IMG/VR virus record: IMGVR_UViG_3300008255_000222 | Span: 1-40,950 of that record | Strand: one strand, 5' to 3' | From: a virus | Taxonomy: Duplodnaviria; Caudoviricetes | DNA: 40,950 bases | Shown here: positions 27,579 through 36,454 of the stretch, one piece after another | Position numbering within the stretch: the stretch's first letter is position 1 | How the letters are laid out: every line of letters begins with the position of its first letter | Notes under the pieces: model-generated | What the model was told of the DNA's origin: nothing | Databases searched by the model: none | Seen by the model: only the letters and a program-made list of their open reading frames with translations | Position numbers and translations under genes: made by a program

Positions 27579-27878
27579 TCATGCCCCACCGCCTCCGTGC
27601 TGTACGGCGTAAACCGTCATATTTTTTCTGATCGGGACAACGGTTTGATGCAGGGCAACGACCGTTACCGGCGATGCGATATATTCCGTTTGATCCGCAT
27701 CGCTGAACGCGATTGCCATTTTTCCATTGATGTTTGACCATCTGGACGTCAATCCCGTTTCATGTGCGCCGCTGCGCAACAGTCCGAGAAGGTCACTTGC
27801 CTCATCGCGGCTATATCTGTCGCCGATGACACGCTCAAATTGACCGCGCTTATATTGTTTGATGACGTATTTTTGCAT
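27579..27878 (-). CDS. Hypothetical early protein
   Basis: GGGGAG RBS; second gene of the PL operon. Confidence 0.7.
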   Translation of the reverse strand: MQKYVIKQYKRGQFERVIGDRYSRDEASDLLGLLRSGAHETGLTSRWSNINGKMAIAFSDADQTEYIASPVTVVALHQTVVPIRKNMTVYAVQHGGGGA

Positions 27879-27893
27879 GATGACTTGCTCCCC

Positions 27894-28226
27894 TTACGCT
27901 TCGCCGCGACGCTGGCGGATAACCGCATCGTCGGGATTTTTCGCCGCGTGAATGTGCAGCGACAAGAATTTATGATTGATGCGCGGGCGCAGTGTGCGGG
28001 AACGCATAAACTGCTGCATGCTTTCGCGGACGTTTTTGCGAATTTCGTCATCCACCTTGCATCTTATGTGACTTGCCAACTCGCCATTTCTATCCATCAG
28101 GAATGGCGCCCGATGCGATAGCGGCACTGGAAACGCAACAGCGCCTTCACCAAACATGGAGACGCCCGTCATTGTGACGGTTCCGCCTGCGGCAAATCCT
28201 GCCTTTGATTTTGAATTTTTACCCAT
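27894..28226 (-). CDS. Hypothetical early protein
   Basis: GGAG RBS; first gene after PL. Confidence 0.7.
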   Translation of the reverse strand: MGKNSKSKAGFAAGGTVTMTGVSMFGEGAVAFPVPLSHRAPFLMDRNGELASHIRCKVDDEIRKNVRESMQQFMRSRTLRPRINHKFLSLHIHAAKNPDDAVIRQRRGEA

Positions 28227-28259
28227 CTGTGATTCTCCGTGTGTGTTCGTCGTGCTTAA

Positions 28260-28311
28260 ACATTACAAAACGTAATTTAAACGGTCAACAGGGAAAATTA
28301 CAAAATGTAAT
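28260..28311 (-). promoter_or_regulatory. PL promoter with two operators
   Basis: TTGACC-17-TAATGT; ATTAC-N5-GTAAT at 28262-28276 and 28297-28311. Confidence 0.85.
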
Positions 28312-28352
28312 ATTTTTTTATGATGTACTGGAAAACCTTGCTTTGAAGGCAT

Positions 28353-28381
28353 AAAAAACACCCCGCACAGGGCGGGGTGTT
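28353..28381 (-). terminator. Terminator of the immunity operon
   Basis: ACACCCCGC stem followed by a T tract on the minus strand. Confidence 0.8.
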
Positions 28382-28406
28382 GCGTGAGTGATTCGCCTCG
28401 GGCGGG

Positions 28407-28646
28407 TTATTCTTCGGCAATGACGGTTTTGCGGAAGCCCTCTTTCTCGGCCTCGGCAACGCATGCTTCGGCGCTTTTCTGCTGCGCGTAATAGCCGGGC
28501 AGTCCGAAGGCGATCGAGCCGGAGACCTGCCCGCCGCATGTCAGGCGCTGGCCGTTTGCATGAACCAGTTCGGTTTTGGTCGTGGAACAGCCCGCAAGCG
28601 CGAGGCATGTGATGACGGCGGTGATTGATAAGGTTTTTTTGAACAT
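28407..28646 (-). CDS. Small lipoprotein, possible superinfection exclusion
   Basis: LALAG-C lipobox; downstream of cI. Confidence 0.7.
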   Translation of the reverse strand: MFKKTLSITAVITCLALAGCSTTKTELVHANGQRLTCGGQVSGSIAFGLPGYYAQQKSAEACVAEAEKEGFRKTVIAEE

Positions 28647-28735
28647 TTCTCTCTCTTCCAAATAAGGTTGTATGGCGTGATTCTACGACCGCGAGGCGGG
28701 TATGGCGGGATTATTGGCTATTTAAAGGCGTGTTG

Positions 28736-28981
28736 TCAAGGTTTCGGCGCGATGCGCAGTAGGGCGAGAATGACGGCGGCGATCTGCATGACAATGACGC
28801 TGCACAGGATTCCGACATCGGTGCCGACGCTGAAAACAAAGACCAGCCCGATCAGAAAGCAACAGATACTTGCAATCCACAGCGCCTGTCTGTCCATGCT
28901 GCTTTTAAAGGCGGCAGTGAAAAAACCGGCAATGCCGATGATGCCGGCAAGAAGAGCGATGATCGCGCCGAGGGTGTTCAT
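28736..28981 (-). CDS. Small multi-TM membrane protein
   Basis: Three hydrophobic segments; coupled to the cI stop. Confidence 0.7.
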   Translation of the reverse strand: MNTLGAIIALLAGIIGIAGFFTAAFKSSMDRQALWIASICCFLIGLVFVFSVGTDVGILCSVIVMQIAAVILALLRIAPKP

Positions 28982-28982
28982 T

Positions 28983-29369
28983 CTACTCTTCCTTTCCTGA
29001 TTTTTGCTTTTGTGATTCGCGCGATTCGTCCTGATCGTAGGGTATGTCGCTCTGTTTTTGTTTCTCGGCGCTGGATAAGGATGTCAGCATAGTCGAGAAC
29101 ATCTCTCTTTGTCTGTCTTCCAAACCCCTGTATGTGCGCAGCAACCTCTTTTCGTCTTCGCTGCGCGGCTGCGGGATGCCCTCGACCAGATCCATCGGGT
29201 GACACTCAAGCGCGCGGGCGATTGTCTGCATGTGATCCCATGTCAGTTTATTCCTGCCGTTTTCAATATGGCTTAAATTTGATTGCGTCATATTGCACAT
29301 CTCGGCAAGGGCGGGGCCTGATATGCCCCGCTCTTCACGTATCTCTTTTATAAAGTTCTTTCTTTTCAT
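28983..29369 (-). CDS. cI: XRE-family repressor
   Basis: IREERGIS...LAE.....QS.LS.IENG HTH; divergent from cro; no peptidase domain. Confidence 0.85.
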   Translation of the reverse strand: MKRKNFIKEIREERGISGPALAEMCNMTQSNLSHIENGRNKLTWDHMQTIARALECHPMDLVEGIPQPRSEDEKRLLRTYRGLEDRQREMFSTMLTSLSSAEKQKQSDIPYDQDESRESQKQKSGKEE

Positions 29370-29391
29370 GGCTCTAAGTGTAGAGCCGTTA

Positions 29392-29459
29392 ATTACACTT
29401 TGTAAATTTACAAAGCGTAATATTTCATCTTGACGCAACATTACAATCCGTAATACCCT
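29392..29459 (+). promoter_or_regulatory. OR region: three operators and PR
   Basis: ATTACACTTTGTAAA, TTTACAAAGCGTAAT, ATTACAATCCGTAAT; TTGACG at 29430. Confidence 0.85.
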
Positions 29460-29466
29460 TTCCTTT

Positions 29467-29697
29467 ATGGAACTGAAACAATATCTCGACAACAAAAACA
29501 TCAAATACGAGGACGCAGCGCAGGAAATCGGCGTTGATCAATCTACAATAACGCATTGGATCAACGGGCGCAGCATTCCGCGCCGCGAATATATGCGCCG
29601 CATTCACAAATGGAGCGGTGGCGCCGTAACGGCGAATGACTTTTACGGCATTGACATCCATCAGCAGGACGCCGTCACACAACCCATTAACACATAA
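29467..29697 (+). CDS. cro: Cro-like HTH protein
   Basis: IGVDQSTITHWING.S.P, GGAVTANDF. Confidence 0.9.
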   Translation: MELKQYLDNKNIKYEDAAQEIGVDQSTITHWINGRSIPRREYMRRIHKWSGGAVTANDFYGIDIHQQDAVTQPINT

Positions 29698-29758
29698 CAT
29701 TAACATAGGTAATCAAATAGCGGATTTTATGGAATAAGTCAAGCAAAGGGGAGAGAAT

Positions 29759-30070
29759 ATGAAATCATCAATCAAATATCTGACATGGATTTTCGGCCTA
29801 CGGTTAACGCATGTGGACAAGATGAACGCCACCGAAACGACCTTGAGGAAATACCGCAGCGATGCCGCAATTTTTCGCCGTCAGGCCGAGAGCCTTGAAA
29901 AGCAATTGAAGATCATGCGGGAAACATGGAAGCCGAAACAATCGCGTGACCCGGAAACGGGGCAATACATCAAGAAAAATTCGCCAAAGTTGAAAGTGCC
30001 GGCACCTGACCTTTTTCCGAAAGATGATCACGTTATTGGACAAGCGAAGAAAACGGGCGCGACAGCGTAA
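29759..30070 (+). CDS. Hypothetical protein
   Basis: GGGGAG RBS; coiled coil; RDPETGQY motif. Confidence 0.7.
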   Translation: MKSSIKYLTWIFGLRLTHVDKMNATETTLRKYRSDAAIFRRQAESLEKQLKIMRETWKPKQSRDPETGQYIKKNSPKLKVPAPDLFPKDDHVIGQAKKTGATA

Positions 30071-30144
30071 GGAACGTGTACCCAGAACTGCCCGCCCTGC
30101 GGTGCTTCGATACGTAGGGCGGGATTTTTTTAAGGAGAGAGACG

Positions 30145-30402
30145 ATGACTACCAAGATACAGGCGCGCCCCGCGCCGGCAATGCTGAATCAATACCGCCT
30201 TCCAAACGGAGAAAAAGTCGGAAAAACGCGGGTTTTGAAAGACGCTGTAAAAATTTTCTCATCAAAAACAGGGCAAGGCCTGACCGCATGGAACAATCTG
30301 CCGCATGAAGACCGTGCCGCATATGTTGCTGCCGCGCTGGGGGTACTGATCTCCCGCGCAACGGAACGCGCCTCACGCGATAAGCGGAGGGCATCGGCAT
30401 GA
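30145..30402 (+). CDS. Hypothetical protein
   Basis: AAGGAG RBS; ATGA coupling to the next gene. Confidence 0.7.
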   Translation: MTTKIQARPAPAMLNQYRLPNGEKVGKTRVLKDAVKIFSSKTGQGLTAWNNLPHEDRAAYVAAALGVLISRATERASRDKRRASA

Positions 30403-30827
30403 CGGGTGAAGAAATTGCAGGATGCAAATCAAAACATGAACAGATCACTGCGCCGATCACACAGGATCTGCAAATGGAACTGCCTTGGCCCTATAAAGGG
30501 CTTTCCCCGAATGACCGCCTGACGCCGCGCCATAAGCGCCGCGTGAAAAACCAGTACAAAAGCGATTGCTTCTATCTGGTGAAATCCATCCTTGGAAAGA
30601 ACAGGGCTTTTTTCGCTGCGCTGTCTGACAAGGATGAAGTGAATCTTGATATCACACTACACCCGACCAATGCGCGCTGGGATGAAGATAACGGCATTGC
30701 AGCCTTCAAATACGGTCAGGACGGTTTAGCGCTGGCGCTGGGTGTGGATGATAACAAATTCCGTGTTCGCCGTGAATGGGGCGCGCCCGTCAAAGGCGGT
30801 AAAGTCATCGTGAGGGTTTCAGTATGA
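30399..30827 (+). CDS. RusA-like Holliday junction resolvase
   Basis: LPWP...LSPN, D.DN....K...DG.A.ALGVDD..F. Confidence 0.8.
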   Translation: MTGEEIAGCKSKHEQITAPITQDLQMELPWPYKGLSPNDRLTPRHKRRVKNQYKSDCFYLVKSILGKNRAFFAALSDKDEVNLDITLHPTNARWDEDNGIAAFKYGQDGLALALGVDDNKFRVRREWGAPVKGGKVIVRVSV

Positions 30828-31156
30828 GCAAGATCAGCGAAACATTTTCATACGGACTGTCAATGAGTGACGGCGAAAAAATCCGAGGTCGCTTTACGCT
30901 TTACACCGACCCTGCCGCACAATTCGATTGTGACGCATTTAACGGCGTTCACGTCACAAATATGAGCCGTGAAGACATGCAGGCAGCAATTAAGGCTCTG
31001 TGCCTGATTCACGCCTATAACGTCACGACATTCGATAGCCACAAAAAAGACTCCGAGAAAAAACTTAAAAAAGCCATAGAGATTTATTGTCGCGGCATCG
31101 TCATTTTGGCCTGTCTTTTTGTCTTACTTTTACGCATGCGCGGGGTGTGGTTATGA
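30824..31156 (+). CDS. Hypothetical protein with C-terminal TM segment
   Basis: ATGA coupling on both sides. Confidence 0.65.
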   Translation: MSKISETFSYGLSMSDGEKIRGRFTLYTDPAAQFDCDAFNGVHVTNMSREDMQAAIKALCLIHAYNVTTFDSHKKDSEKKLKKAIEIYCRGIVILACLFVLLLRMRGVWL

Positions 31157-31353
31157 GTACGAAATCATATCTTGGACGGCATCAGATGCGCCCGGCGACG
31201 CCGAAAAGCGAGATTTTTAAACTGGCACAAAAAGCCTATGAGCGCGGCGTTATTACGGTTGATCTGCATGACCAGTCGCTGGTTATGGATGATTGGTTAA
31301 AGCAAGGCCTGATCAATTGGGCTGACAGGGTTTACGGGGGTAAGAAATCATGA
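31153..31353 (+). CDS. Hypothetical protein
   Basis: ATGA coupling on both sides. Confidence 0.65.
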   Translation: MSTKSYLGRHQMRPATPKSEIFKLAQKAYERGVITVDLHDQSLVMDDWLKQGLINWADRVYGGKKS

Positions 31354-32102
31354 TTGCGCTGGAAGACAGAACAATCGGAAACTGCCGCCTTATACTTGGC
31401 GATATGCGGGATGTTATGCCGCATTTGCCGCCTATCCAGTGTGTTGTGACAGACCCGCCCTATCCTTTAACGTCTGGCGGCAATGTCGAGCATGAAACCT
31501 CGATGAAAGGCATTTTCTCGCATGACCAGTATGACAACAAAGGCAAGATTGTTGCATGTGATATTGAATGGAATGAATTTTGCCCGCTGATCTTTAATGC
31601 AATGGACGCTGGGCATTGTTACATGTTCAGCAATGACAAGAATTTGCCGGACATGTTTGACGCAACGCGCGCGGCAAAGTTCCGCTTTCACAATATGCTG
31701 TATTGGCGCAAGAACACCCAAACGCCGAACCGCTTTTACATGAAAAATACGGAATATGTCGGCTTTTTCTTTAAAGGAAAAGCGCGGAAGATTCTTGATT
31801 GCGGTGCCGTTCAGGGAATCTACTGCCCCGCCGACAAGGTAACAAATCACCCGACAGAAAAGCCGGTTTCTTTAATGCGCCATTACATCAAAAACAGCGC
31901 CCGCCCGGATGATCTGGTCTGCGATCCATTTATGGGTGCCGGTGCATCGGCTGTTGCGGCTGTGCGTGAACAACGCCGCTTTATCGGTATCGAAATTGAA
32001 AAGGAATGGTACGACGTGACATGTGAGCGCGTCGCAGAGGCCGTAGAAGGCAAAGGCCTGACAATGGATATGTTTTCAGAGGGAGGGGCGGCGCATGGCT
32101 AA
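31350..32102 (+). CDS. Orphan beta-class N6A/N4C DNA methyltransferase
   Basis: TDPPY precedes HPTEKP and DPFMGAG. Confidence 0.9.
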   Translation: MIALEDRTIGNCRLILGDMRDVMPHLPPIQCVVTDPPYPLTSGGNVEHETSMKGIFSHDQYDNKGKIVACDIEWNEFCPLIFNAMDAGHCYMFSNDKNLPDMFDATRAAKFRFHNMLYWRKNTQTPNRFYMKNTEYVGFFFKGKARKILDCGAVQGIYCPADKVTNHPTEKPVSLMRHYIKNSARPDDLVCDPFMGAGASAVAAVREQRRFIGIEIEKEWYDVTCERVAEAVEGKGLTMDMFSEGGAAHG

Positions 32103-32298
32103 ACGTCTGCAAGAGGTCGAGATCAACGGCGATAAATGGGTGCTGATGAATGAAGGCGGGCTGCTGCCGTTTGTCTGGTATGTCGATGTGCCGAACTATA
32201 CCGCACAAGACCGTAATGACGGGCTGGTATATCGCTGCGGATTTGCAACGCAGGAGAAGGCCGAAACTTGGTTTCGGGGGGAGGTATCCAGATCATGA
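32095..32298 (+). CDS. Hypothetical protein
   Basis: GGAGG RBS; overlaps neighbours. Confidence 0.6.
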   Translation: MAKRLQEVEINGDKWVLMNEGGLLPFVWYVDVPNYTAQDRNDGLVYRCGFATQEKAETWFRGEVSRS

Positions 32299-33098
32299 CA
32301 GAGAACGCCTTATTCACGCAATACTGCGCCAAAGACACCATGACAGATACGCAGAACATGGACCCGCTGACAGAGTTGGCCTATCGCCGTATCTGCGACA
32401 TGATCTATTCCACAAATGACAATCTGCTGGATAACGCCTCATTGCAATACGGCACAAAGACCGGGGCGAAATGGAAGAAAATCCGACAGGAATTAATCGA
32501 AGTGCATCAGGCGATCTATATCGAAGACGGCTTTATTCGCAACGAAAAATGCAAAAAAAACCTCCAAAAAACTTACAAAAATATTGAGCAAAAAAGACTT
32601 GCCGGAAAAGCATCATCTGAAAAACGTAAGCAATTGAAAAATAACGATACAGGGTTAACGGCTGTTGGTGCGGACGTTGAAGCAGCCGTGCCAACGGGCG
32701 CACCAACTAACTATAAGAACTATAAAAACTATAAAGAAAAAAATAATAAAAAAGAAAATTCCGGCTTGGAAGAAAACGAGGCGCCGCCAACAGATGAACA
32801 CATAACCCGTTTGTTTGATGAATTTTGGGAAGCATATCCACGCAAGGTTGCCGCGGCAAAAGCCCGCATTGAATTTGAAGCGGCGCTGGCGATCGAGGAT
32901 TACGACATGACCCCGATCATGGAAGGTCTTGCCCGCTACATCGCCGGCAAGCCTGATTGGTCTGAATGGTGCTATCCCGCGACATGGCTTTCAGGAGGGC
33001 GCTGGCGGGATGAATGGGATGCAGATTCCGCCGCCGCCGCGCCTGTTGAGCAATTCCCCGATCACCTGTTTGAAGACGAAGCGGAGGCAAGCGCATGA
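32295..33098 (+). CDS. Replication initiator (DUF1376/YdaU-like N-terminus)
   Basis: D...DT..M.....AY.R..D..Y; FDEFWEAYPRKV, PATWL..GRW.DE. Confidence 0.8.
   Translation: MTENALFTQYCAKDTMTDTQNMDPLTELAYRRICDMIYSTNDNLLDNASLQYGTKTGAKWKKIRQELIEVHQAIYIEDGFIRNEKCKKNLQKTYKNIEQKRLAGKASSEKRKQLKNNDTGLTAVGADVEAAVPTGAPTNYKNYKNYKEKNNKKENSGLEENEAPPTDEHITRLFDEFWEAYPRKVAAAKARIEFEAALAIEDYDMTPIMEGLARYIAGKPDWSEWCYPATWLSGGRWRDEWDADSAAAAPVEQFPDHLFEDEAEASA
32627..32760. other. Probable replication origin inside the initiator gene
   Basis: AACTATAA three times at 9-bp period (32709-32734), A-rich tract, AACG/GTTG-type motifs. Confidence 0.5.
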
Positions 33099-33490
33099 TG
33101 ACCGAGCAAAACCGCACCACAGCCAAAAAGATTGTTGATATGCGCGACCGGGTTATCCGGCAAAGCGGGAACTGGTTTCGCATTGACCTGATCGGGGAGC
33201 ATTGGCAGCGCATGGTGAAGACAGGCATGCCGGATTGCTACATCACGCATTTCGTCAGCTATGGGCGGTACAAGGCCGAAGACAACGCATGGTACATGCT
33301 GGATGATTTTTCGCTGCAATTCGCTGAAAAGTTTTTCCGCCATGCCCTGATTGCGGCATTCGGGCGGGACGTGCAATTGCGCCGTACAGGGGAGGGAAAG
33401 CCGATTATCAAATTTCCCGCGCCGGGCGGCAATGGCGGCAAGAAAATCCTGTATGACGGCAAAACGCGGGAACAAATTTTAAAGGAATAG
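33095..33490 (+). CDS. Hypothetical replication-associated protein
   Basis: ATGA-coupled to the initiator. Confidence 0.6.
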   Translation: MMTEQNRTTAKKIVDMRDRVIRQSGNWFRIDLIGEHWQRMVKTGMPDCYITHFVSYGRYKAEDNAWYMLDDFSLQFAEKFFRHALIAAFGRDVQLRRTGEGKPIIKFPAPGGNGGKKILYDGKTREQILKE

Positions 33491-33503
33491 AAGGGAGAGA
33501 GAC

Positions 33504-34052
33504 ATGTTTGGAGGATGCGAAGTAACACACGTCGCCCTGGATGAATATCCGGCGATCGAGGCGGCGATACAAAAAAACAGGGAGACGCAGATGCGGAATT
33601 ACATCACGGAGGAATACGTTATCGAGGAACTTGACAGCGCCGGAAGAACAGCAGCGCTTGAACGGGTCGGCGGATTGCGCCCGCGCGGTCACATGGCCTT
33701 TTGGCCTGAAATTGTCCGGGAAAAATTCGTTGACCATGTGGACGCAGAACCGGCATGGATACTGCCCGCGCCGAAAGCCATCAGCCAGAACCGCAAGGCG
33801 CATGATTGGATGATCGTACTCGCGAAATACTGCCATCAGAAAAATATGCTCTATGTCGTTGAGGTCGTCTGGAAACGCCATGAACACAAACGCTGCGCCG
33901 CGACCGGAAAGTTATATCCCAAATATGGTCACAAAGGCGAAAAATCATGGCGGGCGCTGGGGCGGGAACTCGGTTGCCATGATGCCACCGCGAAATCTTG
34001 GTACGAGGACGGGATCAGAATTTTAACACGGATTTTGAACGGGAGGATTTGA
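33504..34052 (+). CDS. Probable late regulator (Q position, DUF6362-like)
   Basis: RP.G....WPEIVRE, P.P.AI, C-terminal HTH SWRALGRELGC...TA. Confidence 0.6.
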   Translation: MFGGCEVTHVALDEYPAIEAAIQKNRETQMRNYITEEYVIEELDSAGRTAALERVGGLRPRGHMAFWPEIVREKFVDHVDAEPAWILPAPKAISQNRKAHDWMIVLAKYCHQKNMLYVVEVVWKRHEHKRCAATGKLYPKYGHKGEKSWRALGRELGCHDATAKSWYEDGIRILTRILNGRI

Positions 34053-34056
34053 TAGC

Positions 34057-34188
34057 ATGCCGTATCTAATCATGATTTTTATAGGCGTGTTTAGTTACTG
34101 TATGCTGATCGGTGACGCCCCTGATCTGGCGCTTGTAGTGCTGAATATATGGGTGGCTGCGTCGCTGGTTCACGCTTCGCAGGATTGA
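34057..34188 (+). CDS. 43-aa membrane peptide (not in ORF track)
   Basis: GGAGG RBS; MPYLIMIFIGVFSYCML... Confidence 0.45.
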   Translation: MPYLIMIFIGVFSYCMLIGDAPDLALVVLNIWVAASLVHASQD

Positions 34189-34193
34189 ATGCC

Positions 34194-34919
34194 ATGACGG
34201 AATATCTATACCAGATCAAGGCAAAGAACCCGCAGCCGGACGAGGACAGTTATTTCAGCGATAGTTGGGCGTGGCCTCCGGTTATGACGGGCAAAGTTGT
34301 CGCGGACGACAAGAAAGCCGCGCGCGCAAAACTGGAAGAGGAATTTTCCGTCCCCCTGCCCGGTCGCGTTGCGAAGAAAAACATGGCATCCGCCGAGTTC
34401 CTTTTGCACCTCCGCGAAATCAAGGAAGGCGATGACAGAACGCAAGGCCTGTTCGAGTTCCGTAAATGCCTTGAATGTGACAAGTCTTTCCGCGTGATTG
34501 ATCTCTATAACGATCATTGCGAGAAGTACAAAGGCCATGATTATTGCTCATGGTTATGTAAGGAAGCGCAGAAAGGTCGATTAGCCGTTGATACCAGCAT
34601 AAGCGCGGCATTCGGCACCGTCATTTATCGCATCCATAACAAGAAAACGCTGAAAAGCTATATAGGGCGCACAAGTCAGGCATTCACCCTGCGCTGGTGG
34701 CAGCACTTCGCGCATCCATCCGGCACACCGTTCCATGATGCCATCAAGGAATCATGTATTGAAGATTGGACATTCGAGGTATTGGAGCGCGTCGGCGCTG
34801 GGGAATGTCCTGCAAAGCGTGAGCAATTCCACATTGATCAGCATGACGCGCAGGGGAACGGATACAACACGGCAATCGCCGTTAAAAACGCAAATCAAAC
34901 AGAAATGGAGGGGTTTTAG
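34194..34919 (+). CDS. GIY-YIG nuclease with Zn-binding N-terminal part
   Basis: VIYRIHNKKTLKSYIGRT, RWWQH, GYN; CLEC...CSWLC. Confidence 0.8.
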   Translation: MTEYLYQIKAKNPQPDEDSYFSDSWAWPPVMTGKVVADDKKAARAKLEEEFSVPLPGRVAKKNMASAEFLLHLREIKEGDDRTQGLFEFRKCLECDKSFRVIDLYNDHCEKYKGHDYCSWLCKEAQKGRLAVDTSISAAFGTVIYRIHNKKTLKSYIGRTSQAFTLRWWQHFAHPSGTPFHDAIKESCIEDWTFEVLERVGAGECPAKREQFHIDQHDAQGNGYNTAIAVKNANQTEMEGF

Positions 34920-34964
34920 AAATGCCGTTAGTAGATATGCCAAAAATTGAAGGGGAGAGAGATC

Positions 34965-35303
34965 ATGAGTAAAACAACCGAAGCCCTTGCCTGTCACGAT
35001 GCGCTACACGCTATTAAGCATGAAGGGCAAATGGAGGCGCTGAATAAATCATCAGATCAGAGGTCGGCGTTTAAGGATAAATACGGGCAAGGATATGAAG
35101 CCGCAATCTTGGAATCTGCGCGCAAATTTGCGGAGATTTCCTCTGTGCTGGCGCATTTCGCAAAGGCGGATAAGGAAGCCGATTTTTGGTGGTCGCGCAT
35201 ATCAACTGATGATGACGCCGCGGAAAAATGGACGGCATGCGAAGAGATTAAGGACGATCTGCGTAAACGCATGACGGATATGGCGGCGGAGGTGGCGTGT
35301 TGA
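34965..35303 (+). CDS. Hypothetical protein
   Basis: GGGGAG RBS. Confidence 0.7.
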   Translation: MSKTTEALACHDALHAIKHEGQMEALNKSSDQRSAFKDKYGQGYEAAILESARKFAEISSVLAHFAKADKEADFWWSRISTDDDAAEKWTACEEIKDDLRKRMTDMAAEVAC

Positions 35304-35310
35304 GGCTGGT

Positions 35311-35811
35311 ATGAGGAGACAGGGACAGCCGCGCAAGGAGATATACGGAGGCAATGCCGCGCTGCAGGAAGCGTATCGGCAGGGGTATCGCCGCTTTTAT
35401 CTGGGGCTGGCGGCGGATTATTCGCTGTCAAACATGCGCGGCGTGGATATCGCGCCCTGCGGGCTGGCCGACAGCCGGGCAACGCGCCTTCATTGCGGCG
35501 GCACTGCGGAGGTGACAATCAATGGCTTTTCAGATGCCGTGACCTATGTCTATAGCCGCTCCGTTGTTACCCTGCGGGCATGGAGCCACGGCACCGTGAT
35601 GGCGCGCGGACATGCGCGGGTGATCAATAGCTGCTACGGCGTGGTCATGCTTTACGAAAACGCATCGGCGGAGGTGTCGGAGCATGCAACGGTTTACGTG
35701 CATAACCCCGCCTGCCGCGTCATTATGCGCGACGCGCGCCCCTGCTATGTGAAAGAGGTCTGGCGGCAGGATGGTTACGACTGGAAAAAGCCGCTGCAAT
35801 GGGTTATGTAG
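35311..35811 (+). CDS. Hypothetical beta-repeat protein
   Basis: GAGG RBS; A.V repeats. Confidence 0.65.
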   Translation: MRRQGQPRKEIYGGNAALQEAYRQGYRRFYLGLAADYSLSNMRGVDIAPCGLADSRATRLHCGGTAEVTINGFSDAVTYVYSRSVVTLRAWSHGTVMARGHARVINSCYGVVMLYENASAEVSEHATVYVHNPACRVIMRDARPCYVKEVWRQDGYDWKKPLQWVM

Positions 35812-35845
35812 AAAGGAGATTGATATGGCGAGAAAAATACAAACA

Positions 35846-36075
35846 ATGGCGGGTTTGACCCAAGAACAACGCGGCATCGCTGCTCTTCAATGTCCGACCG
35901 CACCCAGCCCATCAAGTAGCGTATTTGCGCCTCTAAAAACTGTGTCGCCTCATCAACGCCGAGTAAATCAATCGCGTCACCCTGAAAAGATTGCTCATCC
36001 CCGAGATGCTGCGCTGCGCCGAAACGGATCAAACGTCCGTCAGATGTCCGCAGTTTTGGACGCGGCGCACCAACA
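35846..36075 (-). pseudogene. Internal fragment of a second, unrelated terminase large subunit
   Basis: PKLRTSDGRLIRFGAAQH.GDEQ.FQG...DLLGVDEATQF...MGWVRS...RCRVVLGSNPP (Walker B plus coupling motif). Confidence 0.8.
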
Positions 36076-36312
36076 AAGCCGCGCGAGTTCCTGCAAGACT
36101 CTTTCGCGGGTGATTTCCAGTTTAGCGGCTGTTTTCTGCGTTAAACGCCCGATTTCCGCCTGTATTTCTGGTTTTTGGAGGTTTTCAGAACCAATCTTTC
36201 CGGCTGTTTTCGAACTATATCCGGATCGAATGGCGGCTTGTGTTGCGTTAAAGTCGACAACGTATTCAAGGCAAAATCGCTCCTGCTTTGCCGTCAGCGT
36301 GTTGTCAGACAT
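36040..36312 (-). pseudogene. Truncated pac-type (Terminase_2-like) small subunit
   Basis: LTAKQERFCLEY.VDFNATQAAIRSGYS.KTA..IGSENL.KPEI...ITRERVL.ELA. Confidence 0.85.
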
Positions 36313-36428
36313 TAAGCCCCCCGTTTGGCGGAAAAGCGCAGAGCTTATCAAATGCGGGGATGGCGAGAAGGAGAGCCGACCGCAGAAAAGAGTCGTCGTG
36401 CGCTTGTTCCATGATTGATTGAGATTTC

Positions 36429-36454
36429 AAAAAACCCGCGAGGTGATTCGCGGG
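36429..36454 (-). terminator. Terminator upstream of the relic terS
   Basis: CCCGCGA...TCGCGGG followed by TTTTTT. Confidence 0.7.

Noticed and set aside
28983-29504. 173-aa repressor as given in the ORF track
   Set aside because: The extension crosses the operators and cro; the HTH begins at Met 29369
31350-34919. Restriction-modification pair (methyltransferase plus GIY-YIG)
   Set aside because: The genes are 2 kb apart with replication genes between them; orphan methyltransferases are routine here
35771-36418. 215-aa plus-strand ORF
   Set aside because: Mostly the antisense shadow of the terS/terL relic; only its first codons from 35825 look like a real start
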